This document shows, in pieces, positions 50,500 to 62,460 of a stretch of DNA of 64,000 nucleotides. The stretch is from contig NC_043004.1 of assembly GCF_006345805.1 (NCBI RefSeq), positions 39,866,001 to 39,930,000 on the forward strand, written 5' to 3'. The stretch is from Octopus sinensis. Its lineage: Eukaryota. Position numbers and translations under genes: made by a program. A model generated the notes under the pieces. The model was not told the DNA's origin. It did not search any database and saw only the letters and a program-made list of their open reading frames with translations. Every line of letters starts with the position of its first letter. Within the stretch, counting starts at the first letter, position 1.

Positions 50500-52384
50500 T
50501 TATATATACACGCACAAAATATTACTGCTAAAAAATCAAAAATATATTTAACTATGAAAAACGAGAGCCTATGCAGCTCAGCCCATCCATTCTGATATTC
50601 ATTCTGACAGAAGCAATCATGCAGCGGCGCATGAAACTCTATAGCAAGTGCTTCCTGTAATCCTAATGAAATTGATTAATTTAGGTAATTAATGGCTTAG
50701 ATAATACCTCAATATTACTGGGAGAAGATTCTGCAGATGATTCATACATCATGTTCTGCAGATGCTGCTCACACTGAAAAGCACTGTGTTGCCTGAGAAT
50801 GCCAGAATGGAACAGTACCAAAGCGGTTGCAATCCTTAGTGTCCTATCCAAGAGTCTAAAGCTGTGTTTACAACTGAGATTGAACTCATTGCAAATAGAA
50901 CAAGCTTCAGTGTCTCTTCAAAGCTTTTTACTTGTAATGAAAAGACCTTAGTTTCTAACATAGACACATTGCCAGCAATTTCAGAGGAGGAGGCAAGTTG
51001 ATCACACCAACCCCAGTACTCAACTGAAAGGATGAAAGGCAAAGCTGACCGTCGCAGAATTTGAACTTAGAATGTGAAAATGGATGAAATGCTGCTAAGC
51101 ATTTTACCTAACTCCCTAATGATTCTGCCAGCTTGCCATCTTCTGTAATGAAAAGATATTCAAACATGATTTGAGACTCTGTTCATTTGTGTCTGGTAAC
51201 TTGCCTGGACAGACATCCTGATTGGGCGATGAGGCATCAATGTCTGGCTTGGGTTTGTTTTAGTCACATTGGTATTTTGATAGCTGGTAGCAATAGTTCA
51301 CTAACTGAACTGGATGATCCTGGCCGCTGACAATTTGTCAGCATCAGGTGATATTCACCATTGACCAAATAAGTTCTCCAGCCAAAATAGTTCCTATCCA
51401 TCATGCTGCATCTCATGACTTCAACATACTTCAACAGCTCAGATGGCTAGATGCTATTTAACCTGTAGAAGAGACCCTGACAGGTGCCACTGCTCTGGGT
51501 GAAAGTAGATGTGGGAACAAAAGTAGCCAAGAGGTGGTTCTACACCCTTCAAAACCTTGGAATCCCCAAACTAAAGTTCCACTAACAGATATAATTTAAA
51601 GTCACATTTTAAAGTCAAGATTTCAAATTTGAAACTACTCTAATCAAATCAAGCCTCATAAAGTGATCAATACAACATGCTTTGAGGAAATTCTTCAGAA
51701 AAGGAAGGAGAGAGATATCCATCATCCTTTGCCAGGCCTGTCAGACCAGAGACCTGACTTCGATGTTTGCAATAGAGGGAAGTTAGCTAAAAGGTACCCA
51801 GATCCCTTCTTTTTTCCCCTCCTTCTTGATCCATGTACCATTCTACTTTAAAATGACAGAGTGGTATAAGACATTCTACAGGCCATGAAATATATACCTT
51901 AGAGCATATTTTAAGTGACTCAAATCATGACAAATAAATATTTTGATGCAGTTAAACAAGTTAACCTGAATTCAAGCCTTTATGCAGATTACCAGACCTG
52001 ACAGTACTCAGAGACATAGATATCTACTTAGTGCCTGTAGCCACTTCAGTTTCATAGTTTCACACCAGTATTCAGGAATTTGGATATGGTAACCACTGGT
52101 TCTTTGCCTGTTGTGCTGGAAACTTATAGAAAAAACATCATGTGTCTTCAATATCAGGTTGCAGACAGCATAATTTTATAAGACATTTTCAAGAGGACAG
52201 ACAGAGCACCAGTGATATCACACATGTGACGGGCCCATCTTGTTTCATGCTTCAAAAACTGAAACAAAGTTCAGAAAAGACTGCCATGTTCAGACTATTA
52301 GATACCAGCATGAAATTATGGTACTGAACTGACAACAGACACAGACACTTGCTCACAACATCATAAGCAGAAAGTGTAACCTCT

Positions 52385-52684
52385 CGAAAGAGCTGTTCTC
52401 CACTGCTGCTCCAGAGCATCGGCTGTGGGGTCACTCCGAAAAGCTCTATCTGTGACGATTTCATCTCAATCGAAGGAGAAGGGCTTTCTCCGTCCGGCTT
52501 GCGGATCCGTGGAATAAGCTGCCGGACGAGATAGTGAAGATGCCGATGACCACTTGGTTCAAAGTCTCTCTTGAGCAGAAATGGCCTGAACTCTTTGCAT
52601 GAACACCCTCCCTGTACATAACTCCATGTCCCCCTACATGGCCATGCTTTATGCTTTTTGAGCCAAAAATTAACTTAACTTAAC
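52385..52684 (+). mobile_element. CR1-type LINE 3' end (second family)
   Basis: ELFSTAAPEHRLWGHSEKLYL*RFHLNRRRRAFSVRLADPWNKLPDEIVKMPMTTWFKVSLEQKWPELFA* (52390-52602) matches LRGHxxKL..RxxxFSxRxxxxWNxLPxxxV..FK; (TAACT)n tail. Confidence 0.85.
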
Positions 52685-53904
52685 ATACACATTGTATGTG
52701 TGTGTATAAATTAGAAATGGATGCATTAGGTGTGTGACAAAACTATCATTTTGGTTGCAACTCTTAATAGTAATCATGTTAAACTCCCTCTGCTGTGTGA
52801 TACCATTGGATACTACACAGTCTGAGTAGGGCTTGCCTAAGAATGTGTTCAGAATGATTAAATTGCTCTGTAAATTGCATTTAAATCACATTTATAATAT
52901 GACATCAATTATCAAACACAGGAACATACGTAACAGATGAAATAAAGGAAAACCAAATTCATGATTTGTATTTATAATACATCATCATCATCATTGTTCG
53001 ACCGTGGTCGAGACAATGGAATTTACCAAGTTTATAATACACTCACACACACACGAGCCTGACATAACATATGTATACACTCACATTCATACTCCCTATG
53101 GAAACAATTTATAAAATAGTTGAAACACACACGCACACAGAAACTTGTAGAATGCACATAAGAGAGAGCATTTGCTGAATTGTTACTGTCTCTAATATTT
53201 AGGTGAGGAAGTGAGGTATTAGTAAGCAATTCCGTCGACCTGCAGCTGTTGGTTGTGCACCCGATGTCATTTTGTTCGTTGAAGTGAGACCACTACGTGC
53301 TCATGTAAGAGAAGTATCCAAATGGCCGTCCTCCGCTCTCTGCCTGAAATAAAGTTCAAATCATAGTTTTCTTTGATTTCTTTCTTTCTTTCTTTTTTTT
53401 TTCTGTGATTTAAATATGTATGCACATCACTTTTTTTTATTTTTTCACACATCCTGATGATAGACAAATTTCAACTGTAATGATCTTTAATATATATAAA
53501 AAAAAAGAGGAATAAAACAAAAAAAAAATCAAAAAGAATTAAAGACAGTAACACTTAAAACCAAAATTTGACATGCACAAGAAAAATAAAATAAAATAAA
53601 AAATTAAAAAATTTTAAAGAATTAAAAAGAAAAAAAAACACTGATTAATTTTTTTTTCTGCAAGATTAAAAAAAAAAATACTTCCATGTCTTCAGATGTT
53701 TGATCACCATCTTCGTTACAACACCGCTATACACTTTTAATGAGAGTAGAGTTGATCTGTATTGACTGACTCTACGACTATGCTGCGACATATTTAGTTG
53801 ACCCCAGAAAAGGCTAAAAGGCAAACTTGAACTCACTAGGATTTGAATCCAGAATGTTAAGGGACATAAATACCACAAGGTATTCTACAGATTCCTGCAA
53901 TCTC

Positions 53905-54210
53905 TTTACTCTTTTACTTGTTTCAGTCATTTGACTGCGGCCATGCTGGAGCACCGCCTTTTAGTCGAGTAAATCGACCCCCAGGACTTATTCTTTGTAA
54001 GCCTAGTACTTATTCTATCAGTCTCTTTTTGCTGAACCGCTAAGTTACGGGGACGTAAACACACCACCGTCGGTTGTCAGGCAATGGTGGGGGGACAAAC
54101 ACAGACACACAAACATGTACACACATACAGACGGGCTTCTTCCAGTTTCCGTCTACCAAATCCACTCACAAGGCTTTGGTTGACCTGAGGCTATAGTAGA
54201 AGACACCTGC
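53905..54210 (-). mobile_element. SINE family A
   Basis: Reverse complement of family A. Confidence 0.85.
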
Positions 54211-54949
54211 CCACATCATTATTGTTTTAAAAAGTTAACAATACATACTGTGCTAAAGTTAGAATGGCTTCTAACTAAGGCATAGTCAATCATATTCAAC
54301 CCCCAGGGAAGGGTGAAGAATGAAGTTGAAGTGTGCTGAATTTGAACTCTGTAAAAGGAGACATATATCAAAAGACCATAATTATGCTGTGTGGCAAGCT
54401 GGCAGAACTGTTAACATGTTGGACAAAATGCTTTGCTTTGTGGTATTCCTTCCAACTCTTTGCATTCTGAGTTCAAATTCTACCGAATCAACTTCATCTT
54501 TCATCCTTTCCAGGTTGATATAATAAGCACTAGTTAAACACTAAGGGCTGATGCAATCAACTAAACACCATTCCTTCAAAACTGCGAGCTTTGTTCCAAA
54601 ATTTGAAACCATTATTATGCTCTAGTTTCCATTAATTCTACTAGTCCATCGATTTTCTTTAGATGCTACCACTGAATTCATTGTGCAGTACAAAGCCATT
54701 ACTGAAGAAGGAATACAGTAAACTGCATCTAATTTCTATAACAGTATATTTTATTGGTGCTGGCATTATTTAACCCTTTGCCTGTCCTGTGTACCTGTGT
54801 ATCATATGATACAGAAGACACATTTCCTTGGTGTCAATGCATTTGTATACAATACACAATCCCAATTATCTTCAAGCACCAGAGTAACTTGGGATTTATG
54901 AAAGGAAAGATTTATGCTACCCAGTGCAACAGGATTGAGATCCTAAAAC

Positions 54950-55235
54950 CAAGGTGACACATAAAATGCACCCAGTACACTGTGGAATAGTTGGCATTAG
55001 AAAGGGCATCCAGCCATAGAAAACAAGCCCAAACAGATTACAGAACTTGGTGTAGCCCTTGGCCTTGTCAGTTCCTGTCAAGCTGTCCAACCCATGTATG
55101 ATGATGATGATGATGATGATGATGATCATCATCGTTTAATGTCCGTTTTCCATGCTAGCATGGGTTGGACGATTTTGACTGAGGGCTGGCGAGCCACATG
55201 GCCGCACCAGACTCCAATCTTGATCTGGCAGATCA
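54950..55235. mobile_element. Two family R tails, tail-to-tail, sharing a (GAT)n(CAT)n tract
   Basis: Plus copy 54950-55125; minus copy 55125-55235. Confidence 0.8.
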
Positions 55236-55361
55236 AAAAAAAAAAAAAGACATGTTGGATAATATAGTTCCTGCTGCTTTGTATGAAAAAGAAAATAATG
55301 TGGAATAGTCACGATTATAAACCTTTAATCATAAGCCTGCTTAATCAGGGCTGATGTGGAG

Positions 55362-55586
55362 TTGACCCTTTAGCATCAGACTACTTTGTCAAATGTAATG
55401 CTTATCTATCCACATTGTTTTGAATTAATCATGCATTATCCTGCAACTTTGAGGTTTTGGTGATGTGACTTCATTTTTGGAATGACATAGTAAGGCAGGT
55501 GTGAGAAGCTGGATGGGGCCAGTTTGAGCATAAAACAGGTAGAACATTTGGGTTAGATATGGCCAGTTTAAATGCTAAAGAGCTAA
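55362..55586 (-). mobile_element. piggyBac-like MITE family M
   Basis: ttgaccctttagcat ... aatgctaaagagctaa. Confidence 0.75.
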
Positions 55587-57444
55587 ACAACTACCAATGA
55601 CATACGGAAGTTGGTTTACCCAAGTCCCTTTGGAGGCGTATGGATTAATGGTTAGGTTGTTGGACTCATGATTGTAAGATTGTGGTTTTGATTCCTGGAC
55701 TGGGTGATGTGTTGTGTTCTTGAGCAAAACGCTTCATTTCCTGTTGCTCTCGTCCACTCAGCTGGCAAAAATGAGTCGGAAGAATTTGCAGCTATTCTTA
55801 GCAGGGTGCATGACCACAAAGGGGCTGCTTCCTTTACTCCTATGTTACTTGTACTTACTGTCAATAAAATAAAAACAAGACAAAGTTGATTCTGGAGGAA
55901 GTTAAAAAACCAGAACTAAGAAACATGAGACTAAATACACTGAAATATTTGGTTTGCTGCTTCACTGTCTCGACCATTTCCATCAGAAATATCAAAAATA
56001 TTCAAAAACTTCCAGATAATGCATTTTTTTCCTCATCAAGTCCAACTCTCTTCTAGTGCAAGCATGCAGTCTGGCACCAGGTTTTGTAAATAAACTCGTT
56101 ATGAGCTAATGAGGTACGGCTGCCAAACCTGTAACAAATAGCAACCGATTCTCCTTCAAACTACAACCTAGTCATGGGAATTGAAGGTTAACATTAGATA
56201 CTGTAGCTCTAGCTACACTGCCTAATAGCAGACAGGATGGTCACAGCTGGAATGCTGGAATGATTCAACTCAACAAGAACTGACCTAGGAAGCAAACAGC
56301 CACAACAAATTAGTAACAAATGCTAATGGATACATTATTTGGTTTAATTGACCTCATTTTTCTGTTTTATAAAATACGGTGCAACTGAGTACCATAATTG
56401 CCATGCATGTCAAATACAAGAGCCCATGATGATCAACAGAGTTTAAACCATTTGAAAATCACAAAATAGGAAAAAGGACAGGGCAAAGATTCAGTTTATC
56501 AGTAATAATGATTTTTAACCCTTTTGAGACACACAGTGTTTTGATATGTGTAGCCAAAAACACAACTTTTTTCTCTCAAAATTCATTTACTAAAAAATGA
56601 TCTCTGATTAGCCATTACACTTAAAAACCAATCATTCTCCAACATTTGTTCCACTGGACCGATGGATCAGCCTCAAAGTCCTTTCAGCTTGTATCAATTG
56701 GCCTGGGTATCCCAAGAGGGTCAACATAGGTACAAAACCCACACAATTTAGGAAAGAACTGTTAATATTACTGATCTCAGTTAAAGCAGCAAGCTAGCAT
56801 GCCAGACAAAATGCTTAGCAGCATTTGTCTGTCTTTAGATTCTGAGTTCAAATTTTGCCATGGTCAAATTTGCCTTTCATCCTTTTAGAGTGATAAAATA
56901 AGTACCACTGAATATTGTGGTCGATTTGACTTAACCCCTCCTCCAAAATTGCTGGCCTTGTACCAAAATTTGAAATCAATACTTTTGATCTCAGTGCTTC
57001 ACAAACACATTTTATTAACTTCCAGAAGGATGAAAAGTTCTAGTGGGATTAAAATATAAAAGGGTATAAAATATACCATGGGGCCACAAACACATGACAT
57101 CTTGCTATTTTAACCCCCCCCTTACTCCATCAAAATAATTCACTAATTTCAAAACAGTCATATTTATAAGTGAAGATCTTTAAAGAAATAGTTGAGGGCT
57201 CAACGGAAAGCACTGATCTTGAATGTTCTCTTACATACTATAAGGAATCTGCAAAAAACAGATCTCATCAGTTCTATTCCATCTATAAGATCTCATGGAT
57301 TTACATTTGAAGCAAGGCAGCACCTTCACATGAGCGGTATCAATTCAATTTCCCTCATAGAACAACATCAGACAATGGCTTCAGCAGCATATATGGTAGT
57401 ACTCAAGCAGTTCTTGTGAACAATTTAAACTATATTACTCTTTT

Positions 57445-57836
57445 ATTCATTTACTTGGTTCAGTCATTAGACTGTGGCCATGCTGGGGCATTGCCTTGAA
57501 GAGTTTAAGTTGACTGAATCCAACCTCCAGTAATTTTTTTTTTAACCTGGTAATTATGCCATTGGTCTCTTTTGCCAAACTGCTAAGTTTAGAGGACATA
57601 AACACACCAACACCAATTGTCAAACGGTAGTTAGGGACAAACAGAGGCACACATGTATACATACATACATACATATGGTGGGCTTCTTTCAGTTTCTGTC
57701 TACCAAATCCACTCACAAAGCTTTGGTCGGACCAAAGCTATAGTAGAAGGCACTTGCCCAAGGTACCACAGAGTGGGACTGAACTTGGAACCATGTAGTT
57801 GGGAAGTGAGCTTCTTACTGCACAGCCACTCCTGCA
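57445..57836 (-). mobile_element. SINE family A, older full-length copy
   Basis: Degenerate reverse complement of 37724-38143. Confidence 0.8.
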
Positions 57837-58274
57837 CCTATGAGAACTTATTTAGAATACATTCTCAGCGGGAGAGAGAGAGAGAAAGAGTTTCACTCAC
57901 ACATGACCATGCTTTTGTTTTTGATGTCAATAAAACAAAATTAAATGAGATTTCCAAGACAAGCCAACTAAAATTTGATTTTGTTGACCCTTATGCAAAT
58001 ATATTCCTTGAAAAGAAAACCAAAAAAACACTGCCTATGCTGCACTCCAATTCATTTTGGAACAAAATCCAAATTGAAAGGCTAAAAAGTGCGTGAAAGG
58101 TTTTATAAAATAACTTCCAAGTTATTAAGCTTGTGTTTGGAACAACTAAATTGAAAGCTTTCACATAAAATTATGATGGAAGGTTCTAATTTAGATACCA
58201 ACACTTTCTTCCAAATTGACGGTGTTGTATTACAGAACCAGAGGAGATCTCTGACAAATCAGTATGGAAAGGGA

Positions 58275-58503
58275 TTAACCCATTAGCATAAGGATTACTC
58301 TGTTAAATCTAATGCTTATTTATTTACATTGTTTTTTTTCAATTGATTATGCGTTGTCTCATAGCTTTCAGATTTCAATGAAGTGATTGTTTTTAGAATG
58401 GCATTTGTAGGGTAGGTGTGAGAGGCCAGATGTGGCTAGTTTGAACATAAAGCAGATAGAATATTGGGGTCAGGTATAGCTGATTAAGATACTAGAGGGT
58501 TAA
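58275..58503 (-). mobile_element. piggyBac-like MITE family M
   Basis: TTAA|cccattagcat ... atactagaggg|TTAA. Confidence 0.8.
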
Positions 58504-59964
58504 GCTGACAAAAAAAAAAAATAAAGTTCGGTTTGGAAGCAGCGATGATAATCAACCTTGTCTTTTGAATTCTAAAGGATTCAATTTGACAGATTAGAGT
58601 TAGTGACAGTTTAATGGGTTAAAACATTTTCCCAATGTGACTTCTAAAAATTTTTCTTTCTTTATTCCATTTAATTATTATTTTTTTTTTTTTGCATTTT
58701 ATTTGTCCTTTTATTTTGTAATTCATATATATATATATATTTCTTTTTTCATTTAAAGTTGATTTTAACCATTATAAGATTTCTGAATAATTTTGAACTT
58801 GATATTATTATTATCATTATTATTTTTTGTTTTTTTGTTTTTTTTATCCTGAGTTAAAGAAATCAATCAAACAATAATAAATCAAATCGTTATTTTATTT
58901 TCCATCTTACAAGTGTGAGAAAGACAAGTCAATTGTTTGATTTCCTTTATTAATTTTGTTCATAAAACATAGAGATATCCATTAAAGTGTGATTAGCATT
59001 ATTGACTTGTGAAGTGTTGAGATATGAAAAGATTTTATGAAGAGCATAACCGGAGGAAGGAAAACAAAGTGAAGTAGCAGTGATCATAAACTGAAACTAG
59101 ACTGCTAACTCAGGTTACCAAGAAAATATTCCATTTGCATAGACTACAGAGTGGCATAAACAAAAAGGTATCTAAAAGAAACAGAAAGAGGTGGGGAGGA
59201 AGGAAGCGGGCAAGAAAGAGAGAGGAAGTAGAACCTAAAAGACTAAAATCAATACGTACAGTTCCAACCCTTTGCCTGTACTCAGTGTCATATGCAACAT
59301 ACAGGATATATTTCCCTGTATCGATGTATCTATGCGTGAAAGGAAAAGTTTTCTTACTTGGAATGTGTGAAATGAGGGCTAACAACAAACAACGTGTAGG
59401 GCCAACTTATGAAAAGGCAAAGGCTTAATAAAGGAACATTTCCAGATGATAAGATTAAGGTTTTTACAGTTAACTTTTCAAAACAGAGAACATTTAACAC
59501 TAATCTTACACATAAGTAGATTTAAACAAGTGACCTGAGCACTGGGCTACCAAATTGCAGATCATGATCTGCTAGAAATAATAGCAAAATCTCTTTGAAA
59601 TTATACCTATTGTCTTAAGAGAAGAAAGTCACATTAAATAGTATGACACACAAAACCTGAATTAAAAAAAAAAAACACAGGATGGCGACGGTTATAATGA
59701 TTTTGATCATCAGAAATGATTGATGAGTCGTAATAAACAGTAAACTGTCAGTTATAGGGAAACCCCAACATTTTAAGTCCAACAGGCAATCGTTTACAAA
59801 CAGTATGAAATGGAGTAAGTATAATAGTAACTAAAGAATGCCATCACTAGTTTTAATGATGAGTGTTCCAGTTTTCTAAAGCAGTGCTCTGCAACCTCTC
59901 TTCACTTACAATAAACTTGTATTCTTATCAAAATTTGGTGGCACACCTGAACTAAAAATATAAC

Positions 59965-60500
59965 TTAGCGGTTCGGCAAAAGAGACCGATAGAATAAGTA
60001 CTAGGCTTACAAAGAATAAGTCCTAGGGTCGATTTGCTCGACTAAAGGTGGTGCTCCAGCATGGCCACAGTCAAATGACTGAAACAAGTAAAAGAGTAAA
60101 AGAGAGTAAAGAGTAAAAGTATAAGGGGCAAATTATATTCAGGTTACACTGTGGCACACCTAGCATCATCTCATGGCACACCAGGGCCACATAAAAAGCA
60201 CTGAGTCCACTCTGCAGAGTGGTTTGTGTTAGGAAGGGCATCCAGCCGTAAAACCCCTGCCAAAACAGACACAGTAGCCTAGGGTTGTCTTCTACCCGGT
60301 CAGCTCCCGTCAACTGTCCTACCCATGTATGCATGGAAGCAGTCATCAAACAATGATGGGGCATGGCTGTGTGGTTGGGGAGCTTGCTTCCTGGCTACAT
60401 GGTTTCGGGTTCAGTCCCACTGCATGGCACTTTGGGCAGGTGTCTTCTACAATAGCCCCGAGCCGACCGAAGCTTTGTGATTGAATTCGGTAGGCGGAAG
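59965..60500 (+). mobile_element. Cluster: SINE A 3' end, family R tail, SINE A 5' half
   Basis: Matches to the respective families at 59965-60120, 60150-60355 and 60358-60500. Confidence 0.75.
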
Positions 60501-61084
60501 TTACTGCCGTGTGTGTATGTGTGCGTGTAGGTGCTCAGTGCCTCTCCGAAAGAGAGAGAGGTGAAACATGCAATATGATGCTGTCTCAGCTGAAAGGCCT
60601 TTATACATATGCATATATTCGTATATATGACGATGACCAGTGTCGTTTTCCATTACATCATGTCCTTATTTTGTCATTTGTCATTTGCTTGTGTTTCCAT
60701 CACAATCCTTTATGTCCTTTCACTTACCCTAACAAGGTTTTGCTGATGACACCACCAAACTGAATAATCATATTGATAATGGCACAAAGATTTTTGTGAA
60801 GACTTTTGGTTGGTAACTGAATGGAGATAAGCAGGTCCACGTCTGTGTTTTTTACAGTGTGTTTTTTTGTTGTCCTTCTGTGCATTTTTTTTACTATACA
60901 TTTATTAGACACACATACACACAAAGGTATTCCGCAGAGGAATTTGTCTGGGTTCATTTAAATGTACAAGATATTTATCTTTGTCACTATGATATACATA
61001 CACTACCACCATCATCATTATCATTGCTTTAATATCCACATTTTCCCATTCATATGAGGAAGAATTGAGCCTATAAAGGTACAT

Positions 61085-61325
61085 TTTCTTATTTCTTTAT
61101 TGCCCACGAGGGGCTAAACATAGAGGGGACAAACAAGGACAGACAAAGGGATCAAATCGACCACATCGAACCTCAGTGTGTAACTGGTACTTAATTTATC
61201 GACCCAGAGAGGATGAAAGGCAAAGTTGACCTCGGCGGAATTTGAACTCAGAACGTAACAGCAGACGAAATATGGCTACGCATTTCGTCCGGTGTGCTAA
61301 CATTTCTGCCAGCTCACTGCCTTAT
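61085..61325 (-). mobile_element. SINE family B, full length
   Basis: Reverse complement of 30223-30460. Confidence 0.85.
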
Positions 61326-61716
61326 TAAAGTACATTTTCTACAGCTGAATTCCCTTTTCATCGTGAACCTTTACTTGTTTCCAAGCAAAGTAATATTTCC
61401 CTGTTGCCATTTAAATGAATAACACCGCATGACACAATTATCGGGCCATACCAAAACAAGGAGCCACAAATATATGCACTCACACACACACACACACATA
61501 CATACACATACACACACACATACATACACATACACACACAGGATTCTTTCACTTCCTTTAAATGAAGTCCACTCGCAAAGCTTGGGCACTGCAGAGCCAT
61601 AGATGATATGTGCTCAAGTTGCCATACAGTGGGGTTGAACCTCAAACCATATGATAGAGAAACAAACTACTTGACCACATAGCCACACCTGTACCTATAC
61701 CCATCAACAATCTATC

Positions 61717-61764
<48 letters not shown>

Positions 61765-62186
61765 AAATAAGAAAATGGAGGAATAGATTTCTTTCAATCA
61801 TCAACTTCCAGATAATACCAATTCATATAATTTATTAACTAATTATTTAGATTAAATAGGAACATCCAAATCCAACAGAATAAGACAGAATAAAACAATA
61901 TACATCACTAAGTAAGATAATACCATAAGAATAATACATATAAAATGGATCTTACAGCTGTTTCAGCCTGTAGATAAGAGTATCCCATTATGCCCATATT
62001 AGTCAGATGTATTGAGGTAATGAATTTGAGGTAAAACATTTTACCTTCGCCCATATAATACAATAAATGAATTAATTGCATTGCAATTCTTAGCATTTAT
62101 GTATTAGCCTTCTGGGTACTTTACTGGCAGTATATTGGATAAATGATATCCCATAGTGGGTTACACTCATAACCCCTATCTCACTT

Positions 62187-62242
<56 letters not shown>

Positions 62243-62244
62243 TA

Positions 62245-62460
62245 AATTAGAGACAAAACCACTATTAGGCAAATCATACAATGAAAAACTTAAGCCAATA
62301 CATAAGATTATTTAATTATATTATTTAAATATATAATAAAATTATCAAAAAAATATAATTAATATAACACTACAATCGTTTCATGGCTGTTAATTTCTTT
62401 AAATTTTCGAGTTACAGTCATTCATCAGGTGGTTTAAATATTTATCTTGGCGAGGTTTAA
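62245..62460 (-). mobile_element. PLE pseudo-LTR with hammerhead-like fold (62368-62433)
   Basis: CUGAUGA, long stem II, GAAA. The end ttagag.caaaaccactatta is shared with 39405-39430; abuts (TA)n. Confidence 0.55.

Noticed and set aside
52980-53012. Hairpin cattgt-tcgacc-gt-ggtcga-g-acaatg
   Set aside because: Abuts a (CAT)n tract and looks like the stem-loop of a severely truncated LINE 3' end; too short for a pre-miRNA call.
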